Notes under the pieces: model-generated
What the model was told of the DNA's origin: nothing
What the model saw: the letters and a program-made list of their open reading frames with translations, nothing else
The model's database searches: none
Made by a program: the position numbers and the translations under genes
From: a virus
Taxonomy: Duplodnaviria; Heunggongvirae; Uroviricota; Caudoviricetes
IMG/VR virus record: IMGVR_UViG_3300031760_000012
Location: 1 to 33,386 of that record
DNA length: 33,386 nucleotides
Direction: 5' to 3' (one strand)
Shown here: in pieces, positions 27,242 through 33,386 of the stretch
Layout of the letters: the number at the start of each line of letters is the position of its first letter
How positions within the stretch are numbered: the first letter of the stretch is position 1

Positions 27242-28870
27242 AAAAATTATTGCCGAGCCGCGTAGTAATACGCGGGCAATAAACGTAACTATATCGGTTA
27301 AAGGCGTGAGGACGTTAAGACCGAGGAAAGATGCAATGATGAATGAAAGGGAATAATATGAGAAAAGAAACAAAGGAAATGTTAGGCAAAAAATATGGAC
27401 ACTTAACAGTGGTTGGTTTTACAAAAGAAAATGGTGAAAAAGGAAGAACTCTTTGCAAATGCATCTGTGATTGCGGAAGAGAAACAACTGCAAATCCGCG
27501 TGATTTAAAAATTGGAAAGAAAAAATCTTGCGGTTGTGAAGAGTATGGAACAGCAAGACCATCTATGAGAAAAGATCTTACAGGTACAAGGATTGGCAGC
27601 TTTGTTGTCACGGAAATGATTTATGGAACTACTATAAATGGAAGAAAAGTGACAAAGTGTAAATGTAGATGCGATTGTGGAAATGAAATTGAGTATTACG
27701 CAAACAATATTACATCCGGCAAAATTCCAACATGTAAAAAGTGCGGGAAAAAGAGAATCAGAAAAAGCAGGAGAAAAGATTTGACCGGGCAGACTTTTGG
27801 TCGATTAACAGTTGTTGAAATGCTTTGGAAGGATGAGACTCGCAGTAAGACCATGTGTAGATGTATTTGTGAGTGTGGCAACGAGTATATTGTTGGTTCT
27901 GATAGACTAACATCTGGAAAGACAACATCATGTGGGTGTGAAAGAAAAGAAAAGAAAATTATAAAATTGAAGGAAGAATATATTGGGCATAAATATAATA
28001 GGCTTACAATCGATGATATCTACTATGACGAGAAAGGAGATATTACGGCCAAATGTATTTGTGATTGTGGTAATACAAAAATTACAAAACTCAGTTATGT
28101 TGTTAGAAACGAAATAAAGTCATGCGGATGTTTGTTATTAGAGCAACCTTCATTGAAAAAAGATTATTCAGGTATAAAAAGTGAATACAATGTAGAAATA
28201 TTAAGACAAGCCGAGTCGAATGGTCCATATAATAATTACTGGGTCTGTAAGTGTGGTTTGTGTGGTAACGAATTTATAGCACTCCCAGCTAATGTTATTA
28301 CAGGGAAAACGAAATCGTGCGGTTGTGTAAAAAGATCTTTTCACGAACAATACATCTACAATTTACTTTCCAACGAAAATATCAAATTTGAAACAGAGTA
28401 TCAGATTCCAGAATGCAGAAATGTAAAACCATTGCCTTTTGATTTTGCTGTGTTTGATAATCATGGCTCTCTATCATTTTTAATAGAGTATGACGGGTAC
28501 CAGCACAATAAACCAGTTGACTTTTTTGGTGGAGAAAGCGGATTTGTTATTAGAAAAAATAATGACAATATAAAAAATGATTATTGTGCAGACAATAATA
28601 TCGACCTTTTAAGAATACCATATAGCATGTCTTTAAATGACATTGAGTTAGTCATAACTAACGAATTGAACAATCATTGCATATCCGTAACGACTGCAGG
28701 ATGTACATGGCAACATGTATGTTGAAGTTACGCCCCTTCGAATAATCGAAGGGTGAATATACAGTCTGACCTACGGCAATAACCTAACTATGAAACCGTA
28801 GAGGTAGCCAGAAATGACTGCCCGCCACATATGTGGTCAGTAGGGATGAATCCCGAAAGTAACAGAATTG
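27242..28870 (+). mobile_element. Group I intron (1629 nt) with homing endonuclease ORF, in the TMP gene
   Basis: Exon ends GGU and intron ends G; P1 UCGGU/GCCGA (27252-27256) with U.G; perfect 9-bp P10 AAAAUUAUU (27243-27251)/exon-2 AAUAAUUUU; P2 with GUAA loop; P3 CGUAACU (27284-27290)/AGUUACG (28726-28732); P7 GACUG (28692-28696)/CAGUC (28762-28766); splicing yields NEVG|NNFAISS. Confidence 0.93.
27358..28725 (+). CDS. Intron-encoded putative homing endonuclease: five Cys4 repeats plus Vsr/DUF559-like (EDxHD-type) nuclease domain
   Basis: Five ~55-60 aa repeats (DLTG..FG.LTV...C.C.CG...SCGC) then EQYI...FETEY...PFDF...IEYDGYQH...NDNIK...LLRIPY; GAAAGGGA RBS before ATG at 27358; AT-rich. 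Confidence 0.8.
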   Translation: MRKETKEMLGKKYGHLTVVGFTKENGEKGRTLCKCICDCGRETTANPRDLKIGKKKSCGCEEYGTARPSMRKDLTGTRIGSFVVTEMIYGTTINGRKVTKCKCRCDCGNEIEYYANNITSGKIPTCKKCGKKRIRKSRRKDLTGQTFGRLTVVEMLWKDETRSKTMCRCICECGNEYIVGSDRLTSGKTTSCGCERKEKKIIKLKEEYIGHKYNRLTIDDIYYDEKGDITAKCICDCGNTKITKLSYVVRNEIKSCGCLLLEQPSLKKDYSGIKSEYNVEILRQAESNGPYNNYWVCKCGLCGNEFIALPANVITGKTKSCGCVKRSFHEQYIYNLLSNENIKFETEYQIPECRNVKPLPFDFAVFDNHGSLSFLIEYDGYQHNKPVDFFGGESGFVIRKNNDNIKNDYCADNNIDLLRIPYSMSLNDIELVITNELNNHCISVTTAGCTWQHVC

Positions 28871-31800
28871 AATAATTTTGCCATCTCATCAGATGGAGTC
28901 GGAGAGGCGTTAAAGAGATCGGCTTCGGCACTTGAGGCCGGAAACAATAGCATGGAGGAAAGTATAGGGTTAATAACCGCTATGAACTCCGTGCTGCAAG
29001 ACCCGGAGAAAGTAGGTACAGTACTTAAGACCGTCTCTATGTATATTAGGAGTTCAAAAGCAGAACTTCAAGAAGCCGGTGAAAGTACAGACGGTCTAGT
29101 TCAGAGTACTGCAAAGCTTCGTGAGCTGATATTAGGTTTGACCAATCAAAAGGTCGACATCATGCAGGATCCGACGACAATAAAATCAACATATCAGGTA
29201 TTTAAAGAGCTGTCAAAAGTATGGGGAGAGATGACCGACGTAAATAAAGCTTCCTTGCTGGAGGCTCTTGGCGGCAAGAGAAACGCAAACGCAACCGCTG
29301 CTCTGATCACGAACTTCAAAACAGCGGAAGAAGCCATGGAGACAGCAACCAATTCTGCTGGCTCAGCAGCCAAAGAAAATGAGCGTCAGATGGATTCCAT
29401 CGAAGGTAAAGTCAGACAGCTCAAAGCGTCGTTCGAGGCATTCTCAAATTCTGTGTTAAGTTCAGGTTTGTTTAAGTCTGTGATCTCTGGTCTTACAACA
29501 TCGATTAATTTAGTGTCAAAACTTGTTGATAGATTTGGAGCGCTCCCTACGACACTCGCTATGGCAACTGCTGCATGGAGAATTTACAACAAAGCAAAAG
29601 ACGCAGCAGAAGCGAAACCATTCGGGCAAAGAATACAGGATATAAAAACAAATACAATTGCAGGTTCTGGTCCATTCACACCAAAGCTTGATAATAAATT
29701 CTTAAAAGTTGGGCTTAGTGAAAACACACTTAAAACATTAACTGAAATCAAAAAAAGTTATATTGATCAAGGGGTTGCCACAGATAAGCTCGTTAGCAAT
29801 ATCAATCGCGCATCAAAGGCCGTTGAGAAATATAAATCCGCAGCTGCTGATGCAATGAACAATAATGATTTTGTCGGTGTAATGGCTAACACTGACGCAA
29901 TGAATGAGCAGCGTGAAAAATTACGAAATTTTTACAAAAATCTTCAGGAGAAAAATCCTGAAATGGCTGCTGAAATGCGCGGCATGTTCGAAGGCGGCAT
30001 GATGGGTAATGGCGATCAATTCGAGAAACCATTAGCTACATGGAAGAAGATTAAAAACACTATAGGCGAAGCTAGACAAAAGATGGTCGGTCTAAACGTC
30101 GCTGAAAAAGCCGCTGCCGCAACAGCTACTGCATTAAATGTGAGTTTCGCGGCAATGAAGGTTGCGGTGAAACAAATTAGCATAGCTCTTTTACAGGCTA
30201 TGGGTGCATTCGCAATCGGCATGGTAATTCAGGATGTCGTAACACTTGTAGATAAAATCGCGAACAGATACAAATACGCCGCAGAGCAGGCAGCTGATGT
30301 TGCGGATAAAACGAGAGAAATCTCAGACGCGAACAAAGAGACAAGAGAAAACGTCGATAGCGTAATTGAACGTTATGAACAGTACGGGAAACTGCAATCA
30401 GACTCTGCCACAAAGAACGCAGAAACAAGAGCTACTCTGATTGGACTTCAGCAAGAACTCAATGACGCTGTTGGCGGGCAGGCTTCTAAAATTGACCTTG
30501 TTAACGGGAAATACGACGATCAGATCAAGAAGCTTAAAGAGCTTCGTATAGAACAAAACAAAACGCAGAAAGAGTCAAACACACAAACTCAAGCTGCTGA
30601 TATAGAATTATCTAAAGCCAACTATAAAATGAATAAGTCGAAAAATTTCGACAATATATTCTTTGGCGATGATAAGTCTGCGACAAGAACGAGGGATATT
30701 CTTTCGGAGTCTGAATATGCGAAGTATTTCTCATTTGCAGGTACGATGATCACACCATTTATTGAGGGAGATGAAATCGAGTCAACGATCGATCAGCTTA
30801 ACGTACTCAATGACATCCTCAAAATGCTCGAAAAGAATGGTGTCGATGCCAGCGACTCAATTTATGCTGGTTTGGCATCTGATGCCGCAAAGCTGAATAG
30901 CGAGCTTGGAGACACAAAGAAAGACGCTCAGGAAACTCTTGATACGATTATCGAGGGTGAAATCCTAAGTAATCCGTATGACGAAGGAAGCCAGAGCCTA
31001 GTTGAGTATAGAGATAATTTAAAGAAAGTTGTCAAAGCGTCTGGTGATGTAAAGAGCGCACTCGACGCAGGTCTCTATACACAGAAAGACATCAATCAAG
31101 CAATCGACGAATTCGTCATGTCAAACTATGCCGATGCGTACAAAGAGCAGATCACACCACTGAAGGAAATCGACGAGATCACCTCTTCCCTCTTTGGCGG
31201 CAAAAAGGGTAAGAGCTTTGTCGCCGGCGGCATGATGGACAATCTGAAGGATCAGGTCGCGAAAGAGCTCAAAGGAAAAGATTTAGAAATCGCGTACTCC
31301 CTGATTCTAGACAAGAGCAAATCGTTTAAAGGAATCAAAGACCTGCGCGAAGCCGTAAATGAAGAGCTCAACTTCCGTGAGACATCTGATTACGTAGCAC
31401 AGCAACTCCGCGAAAGCTTGACCAACATCCTCAACGACGAGAACAACAAAACAGATGTAAAGAATCTGAAGAAGTTGGCTCAGACTACCGGCATCAAAGC
31501 AAGCGACGTCGAAGCACTCGCTGCCAAGAGTGAAGATCTCTCAGACATCCTCGACGAGAATGGCATTAGTGCTGAGTATCTCGCCCATGTCTTACAGAAC
31601 GAGTTTGACTTCAACCAGACCGGAGCAGGCATTGCCTCTATTACAGGCAAGGCTCTCGATCTGAACAAGTCGCTCCACGGCATGGAGGAAGCGCTCGACA
31701 GAGTCGCAGCCGCCAAAGCGAAATACGACGCAGCGATGTCGCAGGGTAACTCCGACGCGGAATTCCGCAACTCGTCCGAGGCGTTCTCGAAAGCGTTCGA

Positions 31801-33386
31801 AGCAGCCAAGATGGGTCGAACCGGTGCTGGTCAGACAGACTTCTGGGCAGGAGCCGAGTACCTCCTCGGAGAAGATCAGCTCGAGGCGATGGGCTACAAC
31901 ACAGACGCCGTCGCGAACAAGATCAAAGAGCTCGCCCCGATGCTGAAGAACGCTGAAACAGCAGGCGCAGGATTCATCCAGAAGCTGCAAAGTATGGCTG
32001 ACGAAAGTGGCAACGTCGTTATTAATGGTGAAAAGGTTGCAACTGTTCTGACAGACGACAACGGCAAAACGACGATAGATGCGCGTGCTGAGAATTTCAA
32101 GAAGATCGCAGACGCGCTCGGCATCAGCGAGGAACTGTTCACGCAGTCACTGAACGCAGCGCGCGAATGGGCGAACGTGACGACATTCAGTACAGAAGAA
32201 GTCTACAACAAGCTCCGCGACACAGGCAACGTTCTTGACAACACAGCCGGCGACTTTAAGAAGTTCACCAGCGCCGAGATCATCGACACGAAGAATCTCG
32301 ACATGTCGAAGGAAGAGCTCCGTCAGTTCAAGCAGGAGCTCAAGAGCACAGGCGGCAACTACATATTCATGGACCTGCAGTCAGGTGCCGACGCCGCGAT
32401 GGAGACGATCAAAGAGCTCGGGTTGGCGAAAGAGAAAGTATTCTCGGACGGATCCGGAACGGGCAACTACACGATCGACACAAAGGGTCTCAATTCTCTT
32501 CTGGCGGCATTAGGATATCAGGAATCCGAAGTCAGAGCAGTCTACGATCAATTTGTCAAAGAAGGCAAGCTGACACAGGACGATCTTTCAGCCGCGATGG
32601 AAGACTACGCGAAGAAGGCTGATAGCAGCACCGGCTACACAAAGAAACTCAAGGACGCGATCGAATCTCTGAAAGGTAAGAAGATCGAACTTGAGATCGA
32701 GGCGAAAGTCAACGGGTCGACGTTAGATCCGAACGATAAGTGGAACATGATGCCAGACACTGAAGCGTATGGCGACTTCCTGCAGAACCAAAAGATTAAC
32801 CCGCACGAGTGGAACGAATCGATGCAGCTTGTCGTCGACGACATCACATCCGGGTCGAAGCGAGCTCAGGATGCGATATCAGCAATGCGTGGTGCGATCG
32901 AGAGTAGCCTTGATTTTGACGGCGGAGATTATTCAGAAGAGTACGCACAGACATGGCGTGACCAGATGGACGTCGCCAGTCAGACAATGGACGCTCTCAG
33001 AAAGCAGGGTCTTAAAGATACAGACCAAGAGATGGCTGAGCAGAAAAAGATCTACAACGATGCGCTCAAAGGAATGCTGGACTACGACAAGAAGTTCTAC
33101 GATCAGCAGAGATCGATGCGCGAAGATGCTGTCTCAGCACTTCAGGAGGATCCGTTCGGCGATGCTGTTACGAATAAAGATCAGATCCTGTCCGACTATC
33201 GGGATATCTACGCAGGCGCGGCACAAATGCGCGAGGAAGCTCTGGCGAAGGGCTATCCGCCAAACTCAGAATTTGTCAGGTCGCTTGAGGCAGAAATGCG
33301 CAAGGCGATCAGCAGTATGGAGAATGCGCGCAGAGATGCGTTCAAAAACAACATAAGTCTCAAAGACTTGCAGGCTGACGTACTTT
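28871..33386 (+). CDS. Tape measure protein, exon 2; open to the window end (>=1505 codons; spliced >=2219 aa)
   Basis: Hand translation shows no stop from 28871 (NNFAISSDGVGEALKRSASAL...QDPEKVGTVLKTVSMYIR...LGGKRNAN) to 33386; missed by the ORF track. Confidence 0.9.

Noticed and set aside
27242-27265. Apparent stop of the TMP at 27265
   Set aside because: Lies inside the intron; the gene continues at 28871.
12478-33356. Numerous minus-strand and alternate-frame ORFs over the structural genes and TMP (e.g. 17842, 26279, 31480, 32769)
   Set aside because: Shadows of long plus-strand genes caused by codon bias; no independent support.
1-33386. tRNA or rRNA genes
   Set aside because: No cloverleaf or rRNA-like sequence recognised; not checked with a tool.

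Overview
Left-to-right slice of a large temperate Firmicutes (probably clostridial) siphophage with SPbeta-type architecture. A divergent leftward ORF with sigma-factor-like motifs runs off the window. Rightward are a short tyrosine recombinase, an SF2 helicase-like gene, a YonO-type single-subunit RNA polymerase, a Zn-ribbon protein, HU, a putative small terminase, TerL, portal, protease/scaffold, capsid, head-tail and tail genes, a RuvC-like resolvase and a very long tape measure protein (TMP) that also runs off the window. The main result is three group I introns in three morphogenesis or late-expression genes, each with different cargo. (1) A 285-nt ORF-less intron (6725-7009) splits the RNA polymerase catalytic motif GAD|KDGD. 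(2) A ~1.7-kb intron (10283-12003) in the putative small terminase carries an intact TnpB and an omegaRNA-like 3' end but no transposase, so exon 2 would be the guide (predicted RNA-guided homing). (3) A 1629-nt intron (27242-28870) in the TMP carries a nuclease with five Zn-binding repeats and a Vsr/EDxHD-like domain. Splice junctions were derived by hand from P1/P10/P3/P7 pairings and restored reading frames. All family assignments come from motif recognition, not database searches.
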